Notes under the pieces: generated by a model
The model's input: the letters and a program-made list of their open reading frames with translations, nothing else
Told to the model about the DNA's origin: nothing
Database searches by the model: none
Translations under genes and position numbers: made by a program
From: Squalus acanthias
Lineage: Eukaryota
DNA: 64,000 nt
Direction: 5' to 3'
Assembly: GCA_030390025.1 (NCBI GenBank)
Contig: CM059438.1
Span: forward strand, 68,326,001 to 68,390,000
Shown: piece by piece, positions 37,498 to 50,956 of the stretch
Layout: each line of letters starts with the position of its first letter
Numbering within the stretch: position 1 is the stretch's first letter

Positions 37498-37929
37498 TTA
37501 GAATATTGCTACAATGATTTGGCTCATGTTGTTGTCTCAACTATAAATAGACCAACACTCAACAGCTTCAGCAAGCTCATGTAATATGGTTCAACAGTTG
37601 AAGGTTTATTATTAGCTTTCTCTGATTAAACCCTTATGTCCTCAATGCACTGCACAGTACAGTACATCATTTATTTCAGCCAAACCTTTTCAATTAATTC
37701 TGTGCTGGGTAATAAAATGCTTATTTTTTTTACCAGGGAAGAACATGATACATTTCAAATTTTAAAATTAAATAATTGGTTTAAGATAGGACTGTGCAAG
37801 AAATCTGGGATTCATATTTCTTCTTGTTTATCCTGTTTTCTCAGCTTTTCTCCCCTAAATTCCTCACCAGCGCCCATTCTTACTCCCAGTTTCCTCTTCA
37901 CTGATCCTTTGCTCAAACTGCCATTGGCA

Positions 37930-38710
37930 CTTATTTAGCAACTTTCTTGCTTCCACTGTTGGTACCTTTGTCCCCACCAGATCCTGAACAGTCTCTTACC
38001 CTCATCATACCCCACGTTCATGGATTCAAGTCCGTATTCCACAGATTAGTGCAACAATGATCCCAGATCTGGCTTGACCATCTGAAGCAGTACTGCCATT
38101 CTTCTTCACATCCAAACCCTACTGTTATACCAGAGTCATCCTGAAGGACAGAGACAACCCCAAACTCTTCTAGGTCACCATAAACTGTATCGCTTGACCG
38201 TCTTCCCTCTTAATTCAGATGCCAGATGTAAGGAGCTTATCGACTTAATGTTTCCCATTATCTGTGTTCTGTTCAACCTTGAGTTGAGCTTTCCAACGCT
38301 AACTTTGACTCATCGCCATGACTGCTTTCTTCTGCCTTTGGAATATCGGCTGCAATTTCCCCTACCTCGGTCACTCCACTGCTGAAGTCTTCATCGATAC
38401 TTTCATCACAGGCCTTCCCAATTCCACCCTTTATAAACTTCAGCTAATTCAGAACTCTGTGACCAAACCGTGATGTATCATCCAATGCCACTTTCCTTAC
38501 CCAGCTGTAGTGGTTTCCTGTGCCCCAGCCGATCAGTATCAAGATCCACATTTCTAATCCCTTCATAGTTTTACCTCCTCCACTTGAAACTTATCTCCAA
38601 CCACCCACACCCTCCATTCTTGTGACTCTGGACTAATCTTTCCATTCCACTGTCAGAGGCTGATCACCTGTTGTGTCCATACCCTCCAGAATTCTCTTTC
38701 AAAACTATTT
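37930..38710 (+). mobile_element. Old L2 LINE fragments
   Basis: TTCAACCTTGAGTTGAGCTT and AAACTTCAGCTAATTCAGAACTCTG resemble the L2 at 51480-52560. Confidence 0.5.
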
Positions 38711-40789
38711 CAATTTTGACCAAGACACCAGGAGAAGAGGCAGATTACGTGCAAGTATATAGGGTCCAATTGTGCATGCTTGAGCTGGCAAACCATCAAA
38801 AGATTTTAAATGTCAAACTTCTCATCGTTGATCTTTGTCAGAAGTTGAGGATTGATTTAGAAACAAATGCTGATGTTAATCTATTTGTTCAGTCACAATT
38901 GCGTCTTCCCAGGACTTTTAAGACACACCTCCTTTTGTTGAGCTCTAAGACGTGAATTTTCTTTTTTGAATGGATCAATAATAAAATAAATTTGAATTTT
39001 GCTTGACAGTGAATAGATACCTGCTTTCAGTCGAGGCTGGAGTGGGGGAAATGGCATTGGAAGGAGATGAATGTGCCTCATAATCTGTAGTTTTCAGATG
39101 AATATACCATATTACTCCTCACACGAGTGGCGATAAATGGACCTTAACCTACAAAAGATGTTTCTAGTCCTGCATGATTTTTAAAATTTGGGCTTCATAT
39201 GTTTTAGGCTCACTGTCTTGATGAAAGAGCTTTTGGTAACTGATATTTTGGGTGGGGGAAAGCAAAAGACCAATAGGAGTTGGGTATTATTTTGTCATGA
39301 TGGTGTCACCACAAATGACAATGATGTATTTTGCCCGGATATATTATTACACCTCCTGGCAACACAAAAAAAAATACTCCAGCCCACTGCCAGTCCCTGG
39401 GCACCTCAGCCCCCCGCCCCAGCTCCACACCACTACACCCCCACCCTGGCTTGTACTGTCCACCGGCTTGGCGCAGGAGCCAGACGACTTTGCTCCCTTA
39501 CTGATTGGTGGGCTGCCTTGGAGCATCGTTTTGCCGCTCGCGGCTGCATGCTAACGAGGCCGGACAACCAAATTGGTTTGGGCTTCTCGCTGCTGCTATC
39601 GCAACGCCCACCGCCTGCCCAATGACTGCAGGAAACCAAAATCACTCCCCATGTGTTGGCAATGTGCTGAAGGTATATCTATCTGTTTTACTTGTGTTTG
39701 ATACATTTCTTACTTCTCAGTTCTGATTTGTTACTGTTTTATGAATGCAAATTTTATCAGTTGATCTAATTAGACCTATGACTTTTGATGCCCAGATGGT
39801 TCTTCTGTATCAATTGGCATCTGGGAGGAGGGGAGCTACTTAACTCTGGTGTATTTGAATCTTTTAGTCACAGCTCTTCAGACTAGGAAGCAAAAATCTT
39901 CAAAATTCCAAGTAAAATCTATAAAATATTGGGCATGAAGGAACTTGGTGCTCCTGAAAGGAGATGTTAATGGGGTGTTGTTTAATTATATAAACTCTTC
40001 TTAAAAATATGAGGTGATTTGAGTCAATATTTTTTGCAGTGTTTAACAAGACAAATAGGTGCCTCAGAAGATGATATTCTCTCAGCACACAGATTGTAAA
40101 GAGAGTAAAAATGAGAATGGAAGAAAGTGACATGGTCTTATCTCTATCAAAGCATCTAGAATTAAACCAGGCATGAAACAAATGCCTCATGAAGAACAAC
40201 TAATGGTAATGACCATAACAAGTTCGAACAGCATGAATCTGATTAGGAAAAGTGTACGTCTAATGGAGCTAGTATACACACTGGCACAGGCTTTCTCAAT
40301 AATCTGAAATGGGCCACCAGACCGAGTGGTGAGCATTCAGTGAAGCTTCATTTCTTGTGCAGTTTCTTTTCCCTCCAGTTTTGCGGAGTCCATCTGTTCG
40401 GTTAACTCTCAATTGTAGGATGGGTTTCAGATCTCAATTCATGCAAGATAACCAGGTTTTTATAGCAAAAGGACACAAGTACAGTAAAGATTCAGTTTCT
40501 CATTAATTATTTGAATGCAGAAACTGTAATCTATTCATGCCTTTCCTTTGAAAATACAGTTCATTTTACACTGTGGCAATTATTGGCACTTAAACACTTG
40601 TGATATTTAACAATAGTGAAAATTCACAGAAACAATTTGCTGAAACTTAACTACTAGAAAACAATAATATTTCCTTTTATGAACTGTTAGAAAATGCTCC
40701 TTTTATATTGTTGAGGCAGTTGCCATAACAACTCAGTTACAGAGCACCATAGGCAGAGGACTGAAACAAGCTCTACTTCTTGTCCTTTT

Positions 40790-41111
40790 AAGAATATAAG
40801 AAATAGGAGCATGAGTCGGCCATTCGGCCCCTCGAGCCTGCCCCGCCATTCAATAAGATCATGGCTGATCTGATCTTGGCCTCAACGCCACTTTCCCGCC
40901 CGCTCCCCATAACCCTTGACTCCCATGTAGCTCAAATATCTGTCTATCTCCGCCTTGAATATATTCAATGACTCCGCCTCCACAGCTCTCTGGGGTAGAG
41001 AATTCCAAAGATTCACGACCCTCTGAGAGAAGAAATTCCTCCTCAACTCCGTTTTAAATGGGCGACCCCTTATCCTGAAACTGTGCCCCCTAGTTCTAGA
41101 TTCCCCCACCA
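40790..41111 (-). mobile_element. Young CR1 3' end
   Basis: ORF 40882-41181 (GESRTRGHSFRIRG...RRNFFSQRVVNLWNSLP); CpG-rich tail. Confidence 0.92.
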
Positions 41112-41219
41112 ATTCTTTTGGTTGGATATGTAACAATATAAACCTGGACAACGGACTCCGGGAAAGGTTTGCCCTGTGCACTGTGTAACAAAATCACAAA
41201 CCCAATAAAGAATGAGCTA

Positions 41220-41490
41220 GTGTCAGCTTGGCTCAGTGATAGCACTCTCATCTCTGATTCAGAAAGATATGGGTTAAAGTCCTACTCCAGCACATTATCG
41301 AGGTTGACACTTCGTTGCCAGAGTTGTCATTTTGCAGATGAGACGTTAAACCCAATCCTCATTTGTCCTTTCAAGTGGGTAAAATACCTCAATGGCACTT
41401 TTTCGAAGAAGACAGAATTCTGTTGGAGTTCATCCCTCAACCACCACCACCAACAAAACCGATTAACCACCGTTTATAACACATTAGTGG
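41220..41490 (+). mobile_element. Degenerate Deu-domain SINE
   Basis: TGGCTCAGTGATAGCACTCT head; GATGAGACGTTAAACC; ATGGCACTTTTTCGAAGAAG. Confidence 0.7.
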
Positions 41491-42174
41491 CACCAGCTAT
41501 TTTGGGCTATATGGGAAGTGGAAGTTTTGTCATAGCAGCAAATTGAGCCTGCACGGGACTCCGGGGCAACAGGAAGAATTGCAACGATTCAGAGATGGAG
41601 ACCCAGAGGCAATCCACAATTTTGCTTTATGTATTGCATCGCGCAGCCGTTTTGCTGCCCACTCCTTATAGCGGGCAAATTGCTTTAACATCAACACGCC
41701 CGCTATAAGCGGTGGGGACTGTAATTACTAAAAGCACCTTCCACCCTACTGATATTGAACAGTGAATGAACCAAAGCCAAGCCATCACTTTTATTCCATT
41801 TGTCATTATACTTTCCATTGCTTAGCTAGGTTTCATGAAAATAAATTTATCATCTGTTCGTTAGCTTTATGCATTGAAGCATTCAATGGTATCATGGAGG
41901 TCTCTTACTAAATGTCACCCAGTGCTACATTAAGACTGGTTGAAGTATAAATTTGCATAGAAGTCCTGTTATTAAACATTGCTTCCAAAATAAATCCTAA
42001 AAGGGGGAGAAATTTCCTCTATAGGAGCCAAAAGGTGCAATGCACTTCCGAACAAGGCAGCTTCTCCTGGTTTTCTTCCTACGGTCCATTTGCACCTGTG
42101 CAGACTCCAGCTTAGCCCCTGGCTAGACCGTGCACCTGAAAATACAGAGGAAATGCAAGTGCAGCTGCAAGCCT

Positions 42175-42811
42175 GAGAAACTAGCATTATAAATAAAGGC
42201 ATAGAGTACAAAGGCCAGGAAGCTATGCTAAACATATATAAAACACTAGTTCGGCCCCCGTTGGAGAATTGTGTCTAATTCTGGGCACCACACTTTAGGA
42301 AAGATTGAAGGCTTTGGAGAGGGTACAGAAGGGGTTTACTAGAATGGTTCCAGGGACGAGGGATTACAGTTACGTGGATAGAGTGGAGAAGTGGGGTTGT
42401 TCTCCTTAGAGCAGAGGAGACTAAGAGGAGGTTTGATACAGATGTTTAAAATCACAAAGGGTTTAGATAGAGTAAATAAAGAGAAAATGTTTCCAATGGC
42501 TGAAGGATCAGTAATCAGAGGGAACAGATTAAAGGTGATTGGCAAAAGAACGAGAGGCGACATGAGGAAAAACTTTTTTACGCAACGAATGGTTAGGATT
42601 TGGAATGCACTGCCTGATAGGGTGGTGGAGGCAGATTCAATAGTAGCCTTCAAAGGGAATTGGATAAATACTTGAAGGAGAAAAAATTGCAGGGATATGG
42701 GGAAAGAGCGGGGGAGTGGGACTAACTGGATTGCTCTTCGAAAGAGCCGGTGCAGACTCGATGGGCCGAACGGACTCCTTCTGTGCTGTACTATTCTATG
42801 ATTCTATGATA
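42175..42811 (+). mobile_element. CR1 3' portion, preceded by a MITE end fragment at 42003
   Basis: ORF 42391-42675 (LFSLEQRRLRG...NFFTQRMVRIWNALP); ATTCTATG tail repeats. Confidence 0.9.
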
Positions 42812-43814
42812 ACCCTGCTACTGGAGAGCAACAGGGCCTCCTGTGTGCCCTGGGGCTGTACAGTAGAATTATTCAATTTGCCACTTGAGTCTTTGACCTG
42901 CTCGTAGAACCCTTTGGTCTGCAGGGGCCTGGGGGTAGACCAGTGCGCCAGGTATGTTCAGGAGCAGCCATTAGGAATCCCAACGATTGCAACTCAAGGA
43001 AGAATGAAGTGTGAGGCCAGGAGTGCAGGCCCAATCATGTCACTCAGTGAGCCTCAGTAAAAATCCCAGGGAGGCGGAGGCCTGATATGTACTTGTACCT
43101 GGAACCTGATTCCCCAGGTGTAAAGAAAAGAAAAATCTCCCCCATATATTTTGAATTGTTGTGAAAGAACTCCGTGGATTGGTGCTAATCTGTGAGGATA
43201 ACAAACAGTTAAGTCCTCCATCAAATCGGCACTTTATTGCTTGAACAATTGTGGACAATTATTAATTAGCCTTTACAGTCAATAGCGAGTCAGCGTGATT
43301 GGAGAATGGTCAACTGATTGGCTGATGATCACTTCATGCAGTGCAATCATAACACAGGGTACTCCAGTAATAAGCATAAATTGTTTGCGAGCAGCACTAA
43401 ATCATGGGACATCATTAGCCAATCAGTTGCATTTTATGTTGTAATTAAGGCTTTCAACTGATTAAAGGTCCAATGTGGAACCCAATGTGAAGCACATAAC
43501 AAAATTATGTAGACACATTTTTCATGGCACCCAAATTAATTTCATAGTTAATGTGTGTGAGATTGCGTCTCCATTTCAGCTACAAGTGAACACAAACACT
43601 CTAAGATCTTAAGTGAGGACGAACAGAGAATTTCAGTTCTGATTTCACCTGCTACCTGCAATTTGCAAACCTCCGGTACTCTGGAGATAAAGAGCCTCTG
43701 GCAGGTACCATTCTAAATTTACTGCGTAGGGCTTCCTTCTATCTTTTTCCTTTAAACCAGTCCCAACAGTTACTGCAGAGCTGTCAGCTTTTAAGAAATA
43801 CTTCAAGTTTAATT

Positions 43815-44112
43815 TAATTAATTAGTCTCAGCTCCTGGCTCCACGTCGCTCTCAATCAGAAGGAGCTGGTGAGACTGGGAGTTGGCACCTGGAAGCCTGT
43901 CGTCCGTGCATGATTTGTTTGGCCATTCGACCAACCGTGTGGGCGGAAGCCCATGTGCAATGCACTGACTCAGGAGGCCAGAAGACTGAATCACCTGCTG
44001 GAGACACTGTCGAACATTGAGCAGCTGTGTGCAAACAGAAAATTCTTGCTCGTGATCTCCATAAAAGATGCAATGTTTGAGATGTAGGAGTTTGGTGGCT
44101 TTGTACAACCAC
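43815..44112 (-). mobile_element. Possible RTE-clade LINE relic
   Basis: WASAHTVGRMAKQIMHG resembles the RTE C-terminal W.GHV.RM....PKQI.YG motif. Confidence 0.4.
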
Positions 44113-44264
44113 TACATGCTTTTCTTTTCATTTTTAATTTTCCTCAGAAACGCAAGAAATAAACCGGGAACGGAAATTTTCATTCAGCGCATGGGAGTAT
44201 TTTATTGCCTTACACACCAAGTCCTCAGATGTTTGTATTCCAACACAAGCGCGTGGGCACAAGC

Positions 44265-44673
44265 GTAGGGTACGGTGGCAAAGTGGTTATGCTACTGGAC
44301 TAGTAAGGCCTGGCCTATTGATCCGGAGTATATGAGTTCAAATCCCATCTCAGCAGTTGAGGAATTTAACTTTGATTAATTAAATAAAAATCTGGAATAA
44401 AAAGCTAGTATTACTAATGCTAACCATGAAACTATCGGATTGTTGTAAAACCCCATCTGGTTCACTAATATCCTTCAGGGAAGGAAATCTGCCATCCTTA
44501 CCCAGTCTGGACTCACACCCACAGCAATGCGGTTGACTCTTAACTGCCCGCTGAAATGGCCCAGCAAGCCACCCAGTTGAATTCACCACCACCTTCTCAA
44601 GGGCAATTAGAGATGGGCAATAAATGCTGGCCTTGCCGGCTGTGCCCCACATCCCATGAATGAATTAAAAAAA
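44265..44673 (+). mobile_element. Bipartite tRNA-headed SINE derived from the 33338-36152 LINE family
   Basis: A box TGGCAAAGTGG (44276), B box GAGTTCAAATCCC (44334). Body matches the LINE 5' region; 44583-44673 matches the LINE 3' tail. Confidence 0.88.
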
Positions 44674-45139
44674 TCTTTGTTGCAGCTACAAGAAAATGTC
44701 ACCCGGCTTAAAGGCTCATATTGCTTACAATATTGCTACCTTCCCTCTCTACCACCCTACCTTTTTTAACCTACTTCCTTGCACCATTCCTACTATATCT
44801 CAGTTTTCACTTACAGTCACTGACTAGTATGTCTCTTTTCGGGAGTAGTGAAATTCACAGGCAGAACTTTGTCCTCCTGTTACGCACTGTTGCCAAATGT
44901 TCCACAGTGTCTCCATTAACCGATTCACCCCAACTACCTTCCCGAGTATGTTGGTAAATAGCTTCAAGACTTGTAATGCCTTGGGCTGAATTTTGCTGGC
45001 GCTAAGAGTGCGGGTTTGGAGGCGGGTCCGCTGTCAAAATCACAAAGATTGACAGCGGGTCAGTATCCTGCTGTAAACCCACCTCCTTGTCAGTCTCCCA
45101 AGTGTCGGGTCTGTCATCCCCGAACAGATCCGCCACTTA

Positions 45140-45877
45140 GGGGGTGATTTTGCCAATGGGGGCGCGTTGGAGGCGGGACTGCTGCTTGTCGGGTCGATGT
45201 CCCGCCTCCATCGATTTGTGGCCAACCCAAGCTATTTTCCCTTAATTGACCTTGTTAAGCCCGCCCAGCTTAACAAATGCTGTGAAGCTGTCAAACAGTG
45301 ACATTCTCTGCAGTTTGATGAGGTCTTGCATACAAGACCTCATCAACCTTCTTTCTTTTACAGAAATGAGATGGTTGTTGCATCTGAGAATGCAACGGAC
45401 ATCTCTCATCTGCAACACGGAGGTGCGAGACTCTCCACATACAAACCGACTGAAGCCTGCAGGAAGAAACAAAGGTAAGTACACTTTTAAAAACACTTTG
45501 CACTTACCTCAGATACTCACCTCTCCACTCTTGCACAAATCACTTACCTTCACACCACACTTTTGCACCCCCCCAACCCCCGCAGACCCAGTACTCGCCT
45601 CGCTGACCTGACGGGTTTTGGAGCCTTCGGGAAGCCCGCACTTGTGAGGGCAAAAAGGGGATAATCCTATTTTCTGCCTGTTAACAGGCAGTTAATAGGC
45701 TTTAATCCCTTCCCGCCTCCAAGGAGATGGGACCCGGCGTGGGACAGCTACCCGCCTCCTGGGAAGATGGCATGGAGGCGGGTTGGGGGCGGGTTGGGTA
45801 CCCGCCCCCAAATTCTGCCATTTTCCCGGCAGTCCCACCTCCATACCCGCCTCCCCAGGGCTGGCAAAATCGCCCCC
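45140..45877. mobile_element. Nested Harbinger-type MITE
   Basis: TIR GGGGG(T/C)GATTTTGCCA; absent from the sister copy (empty site near 59080); interior homologous to 12400-13198. Confidence 0.88.
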
Positions 45878-46200
45878 CAAGTGGTGGGTCGGCCAATTTA
45901 GATGTTAAAAACTTATTAAAAGGTAGTTACGAACCATTTTCCTATGTACTTGCCACTTTACCAGGTTTTCAACGAGGTTCCCAGAGAGCGGCTATCATGT
46001 CGGGTTCTCAATGACTGTGGATTGCTGTGAATAGGTGACAGCTGCAGAAGTGGTCTAAAACCAACCATTTCACAGCTGTTCATTTCCCAATCTTAGAAGC
46101 TGGAGCATTAATGATTTGAAACCCACTTTTGAGCTTTATGCACTTTTGAAGTGTTTGGAGTAATCGCTATATCCACTGTCACCTCCTTGGAACAACCAAT

Positions 46201-47549
46201 TGTAAGGTTTCCAAAATTTGCAGATCCCCAAAACCTAAGGAAAAAGGACTTTGGAATTACCCCAGAGTGATAAAAATGCATTTGGGCCTAACAAGGAATT
46301 TAAGACCAAAAACCAAGTTTTGGCATTTTAAAAGCATGTCTGGGCCTGTAAATGGAGAAAAAACTTCGAAAGAAGGTGGGTTCAACCTCTGCAAAAGCAG
46401 TTTTGGGTATTGCAGTTAATTGCATTGTCTGGGGAATCGGGATGACCTCACTCAAGCCCCAGCAAGCATTAACATTTTGACAATAGACCCTAGGAGGAGA
46501 CAGTCCCACCCAAAACAACAGGTCCCATCGAACCGATTACAGAACCCATTAAAGACATGCATAAAGCAAATATTCGATCGAAGTCCTAGGCCCAGTCAAG
46601 AAACCCAAAACATGAGGACAATTCAAACTCGGATTAAACAACAGATCGTCAGGATGGAGCTATCCTGAAACCACTTCACACATTTACAAAACCAGTTAAC
46701 ACGCTAGTAAAGTCGTTACTGTTAATGAGGTCTTACAATGACGGGGATTTGATTTGGTTTTGATAAGGCCACTTCAATTTAGTATAATTGAAGGCCGATC
46801 AAGCAGTTCAGCAGTAACAACAGTTCAACTTCAACAGAAGGCAGTTCTGCAGTTCAATTTGAAAACCTGTTTTTCAGCAGAAGTCAGTGCTAGAATTACA
46901 GAGTTCAGGAGAAGCAAGTTGGGCAGTTAAAGAAGACAGATCAGTAAGAAGGGAGTTCTCCAGTTCTCCAGTAAAACAGTTCAAGTTCAACAAGCAGGCA
47001 GAAGGTAGTTTCCACAGTTCTGCAAGAAGGCAGTTCCACAGCTCGGAAGAAGACAGTTTAAACAGAAAGCAGTTCAACAAAGAAAGCCAACAGCTCCAGA
47101 AGTAGGCCGACATGCAAGAAGAGACCAGAGCGACGGCCTCAGTGACCATCGGACACCTCGTGGCAACAAGGGCCTTACGAAAACTTTTACTCAAAATACT
47201 CTAAACCCTAACTCTCAACTGTCAAGGATTCGTTTGGTGAGCATTATCCCTGGTTCTCCAGAGTCCAACCTAGCTAGTGAAGTGGGATTGGGAGGGGTGA
47301 AGTATTCTCTAATGTTATTTCCCTCGCGTGTACCGAAGTGTTCCCCACCTTTAGAGTGTTAAGAGTGTTTGTGTTGTGTTTTACTTTCTTGAATAAAGAT
47401 CGAAGTTCTTTCATCAAACTCAGTTGTCTGCTGCACCTTTTGTATCACAACCCCCAAATAAGTCCAAGGTCTAGAACCAAGGGAGCAGAAGCGATTCAAA
47501 CCGTTCAGAAGTCAGAGGCAAAGCTGACACAAAAACACCACCCCCTAGA
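46201..47549 (+). mobile_element. Solo LTR (about 1.35 kb, Gypsy/ERV-type)
   Basis: TGTAAGG...CCCTAGA ends; near-TSD CAAT / CTAT; TATA-like at ~46783 and AATAAA at 47392. The empty site GGAACAACCTATCTC is seen in the sister copy near 58765. Confidence 0.8.
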
Positions 47550-48324
47550 CTATCTCAACATTGACAGATTACTTCTGTCATCTCAACCTCACCTGCCATC
47601 TATTCCATCAGCCTCGGTGCCCTTGAAAAAATCTCACCTGGGACCTCAGAATCCATCACGATCAGCCCCAACACCAGCATCACTGGGCACACCAGCAGCA
47701 CCAACATCTACACCAGCCTTCTCCGCAATCAACTGATGCTGCACTGGACACAGGGCATCATCACCCGTGCACATTGCTGCCCGGGACGCCAGCGATGGCC
47801 TCACCATGTCCAGATTTGCTCACTTAACACTGTACACCCTGGCTGCCACATCATGCACCAGGTTGGCACCATCCCACACCAGCACCATAAAGCATCCTTA
47901 CAATGTCCAAGCCATTCCTTTCACACTCGTCACTATTGGGGGGGGGGGGACGTTATGTCTCACCATTCACTGGAACTCACGAACACACTTTCAAAGGTGC
48001 ACACAAATCTGTCCAAGAAGGCAAAGTGGTGACAATAAGGATTTCAATGCTTGACAACACAATAACAGAAAGTTTACACGAACATTGGCTAAACCTCTCA
48101 AGTGCCTACCCTTGTGTGTTTTTAGTTGGTATGATTAGACTAGGATGAGGGTGAGTGTGAGGGGTGGCTAGTGAGATGGGGAAGTGAAAATGTAGATAGA
48201 GAAGGATGGGTGAAGGTGCAAGGTAAGTTGGTGTGAGAAGGATGTGCAGGAGTAGGGTAGGGAAGGCAGTGTGATGGGAATGTGATGAGTGGCACAGCAG
48301 GATGAGGTTGAGTGTGGCTTTACA

Positions 48325-48560
48325 GTAACGTTTTGTGATCTACTGAGATCATTGAAAGGTTTGCGCCACTGCAGCCTGGTCCTCCTGACAACATTCCTGC
48401 TTGTGTCCTCCTGTGCAATGTGCAACCAGGCTGCGTTGGTCTCCTGGGGAGGTGTCTGCCGCCCATTGGAAGGGAAGAGAACCTCCCTGCATGCTGTGAC
48501 TCCCTCCATAAGCATATAGAGGAGTCATGGGAGAGCCTGGTGCAGCCGTGCACCTTTGTG
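48325..48560 (-). pseudogene. Frameshifted Myb/SANT exon of the non-autonomous Harbinger
   Basis: MLMEGVTACREVLFPSNGRQ...AWLHIAQE...RRTRLQWRKPFNDLSRS parallels exon 1 at 27682-27446. Confidence 0.8.
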
Positions 48561-49254
48561 CAGTGCTTGTCAGTGTTTGCAGCACCTCAGTGCTGCAGAA
48601 CACTGACAACAGAACTGTCAAATTAAAGTTGGCCACGGTCCCTTTAAGGAAACTGGCTGATGACGCATCATCAAATGACGTCATCAGACCCGCTTCCTAT
48701 TAATTGACCGGGAACCTCGCAGGGCGGGCTTAACAAGGCCAATCACTGTAAAGTCTTGCTGGAGGTCGGATCAAGACAGATGCGAGGGCCCCACACACCA
48801 CGGACGTCGCCCGCCACGGACCCGCCGAGGTTGGAAAAATCCAGCCCCTTGTGTCTGGTTCTAGCCTTCCTGAGGTTTTTCCAAATTCCTGCTCTGTGAA
48901 AGTGAGAAACAGGCTTTAACTCAAATTAATATCAAGTGATCACAAAAGAGTCCCCTTCCAGTCTGATTCAGGAGAAGGTGAAGATTCTGGGACAAGCAGA
49001 TCTGTCGGAAAGCAAATATTACGAGACTGAATCCACGGATTACTTTCACCTGGGCCCAAAGCAGAGTAAAATTGATTATATGCTAAGCATGTGAATGTAG
49101 TCATCCCCCGTTTGATCCTTAGTCTGAGTTAGTTTGTCTCGACCAAGGCAACAGTGAAAATGCTCCAATTGGTCCCATGGCGTGGAAAAAAATCACCAGT
49201 AGAGTTTCAGCTGTCATGTGATGCTTTCCTTCCCCCTTCTTCCCCCACCCCCAC

Positions 49255-49622
49255 CATAGAACTATATAGAATCTACAACATAGAGACAAGCAATTTGGCT
49301 CAACTGATCTATGCCAGTGTTTATATTCCACACGAGCCTCCTGCCACTCTAATTACTTCTTCCAAACCTGCCCACCATATCCCTCTATTCCCTTCTCCCT
49401 CATATATATGTCAAGGCTCCTGCTTACATGTGTCAATTCTACCTGCTGCAACCACTTCATATAACTCTGATTTCTACATTCTCACCACTCTCTGTAAAGA
49501 AATGCCTTCTAAATTCTTTATTTGATCTACCAGTGGCTATGTTGTATTTATTCCCCCTTGTTCTGGACTCACCCACAAGTGGAAACGGTTTCTCCACAGC
49601 CGCCCCATCAAACCCCTTCATA
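49255..49622 (-). mobile_element. CR1 3' end
   Basis: FPLVGESRTRG...FRRHFFT in ORF 49457-49651; tail at 49255-49320. Confidence 0.8.
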
Positions 49623-50956
49623 CAGGAAGAATGGCCGTATGAGTGCAGCACCGAGTGTGAATCAACACCGTCCAGAGAGGAGGAATAAAGGTACCATTTT
49701 TAAACATAAAAGGTGCCTCACATAACCAACTGATGTCTAAGCATTAGCTCTAACTGTTGTCACACGAGTGTCATGACAGTATTTGTAAACCAGTGCAGTT
49801 GTATGCTGAATCCACGAGGATGATGTAATTACAGGGGATAATGGTTTACAGTGACAGAATTTGAATTTATTGCATTGGATTCCAGGATTTTTATGGATGT
49901 TTAGGGGATCACATTCCATAATTTTCTGTTATTCAGTGATAACCTGAAATCCAGTGTCCTTGGTAATGACGTTCGATGTGTTCAATGGGGACACATTGCA
50001 AGAATCCACATTTTCTCACTTGGACTTTCACTGATTCCAGCTTTCATGTCAGACAGCCAGAAGCTATTCTTAGGAAGTGTTTTGTCAGTGTAGCCAAACT
50101 GTGCGCTGGATTCCAATGCACAACTTCCCAATTTCAGCTTGCTAATGCTGTAGAAGTCCTGTCGGCTTACTCTCACACAGCTTCCGAAGGAAGGTGGGAT
50201 CGGTGGAGCGTTAGTGCCTCCTACTGTTGAAATGACTGCTGCAGGTGTAGCTTTTTTACATTGCATTCTGTGAAGTGAATTCTTTCACAGTATTGATTTT
50301 CGTCATATTCCAGATGCTTTAAGCTGGATGTTAGGTGCTGAAGTGTTAACTATGAAATGTATACCCTGGTCAGTTATTGTGAAGATATTCAAGGATGAAA
50401 TGCTTCCGATTCTCAGATATTTATCAGCATGTTTTTGTCAAGTCTATTGCTTGAAACCAGCCTTTCTCTTCAAAAAGAACACTTGTCATACTCTCAGTAC
50501 CAGTTCCGTACTGCTGTAAAGAACTGAGAATGGTGGAGGATCATAAATTCCAGACAGAATAACAGCCACTTGTGTTCTATTCCATTTCTTTCTACCTGGT
50601 TTTGCATTCTGTGCCATTACTGCACACCCTACCTCTCCTTTTTTTTCACCCCTTTTGGTTTCCACTGTTACCTCACTCTGAAACCTTTCTTCCTCTGTGA
50701 TAGAATAGTAAAAATAGCATTTAATGCTTGTGTGTCTACTTTTTAAATGTTGAATCCTAATCTTTAAATTAATTATTTATTTTTTTATGTCCCGCTACTA
50801 CTGCTCTGTCTTGCTGCTTGTGCTCATTTTGGCTAGAAGCTCAGGAGAACCTCACTGATGGATTTCTACAAGGTCTGAAGGTTGCCCTGTTGGCCACCTA
50901 CACTTTCAGGTCATCAGTGCACTTGCTTAAGTGTTAGACAGCAGGTACTAAGAGTA

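Larger units (their letters stand above)
44983..48847. mobile_element. Non-autonomous Harbinger with a Myb/SANT relic, carrying a nested MITE and a solo LTR
   Basis: TIRs GGGCTGAATTTT / AAAATCCAGCCC; TSD CTT; inverted partial copy at 57874-59236. Confidence 0.9.
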
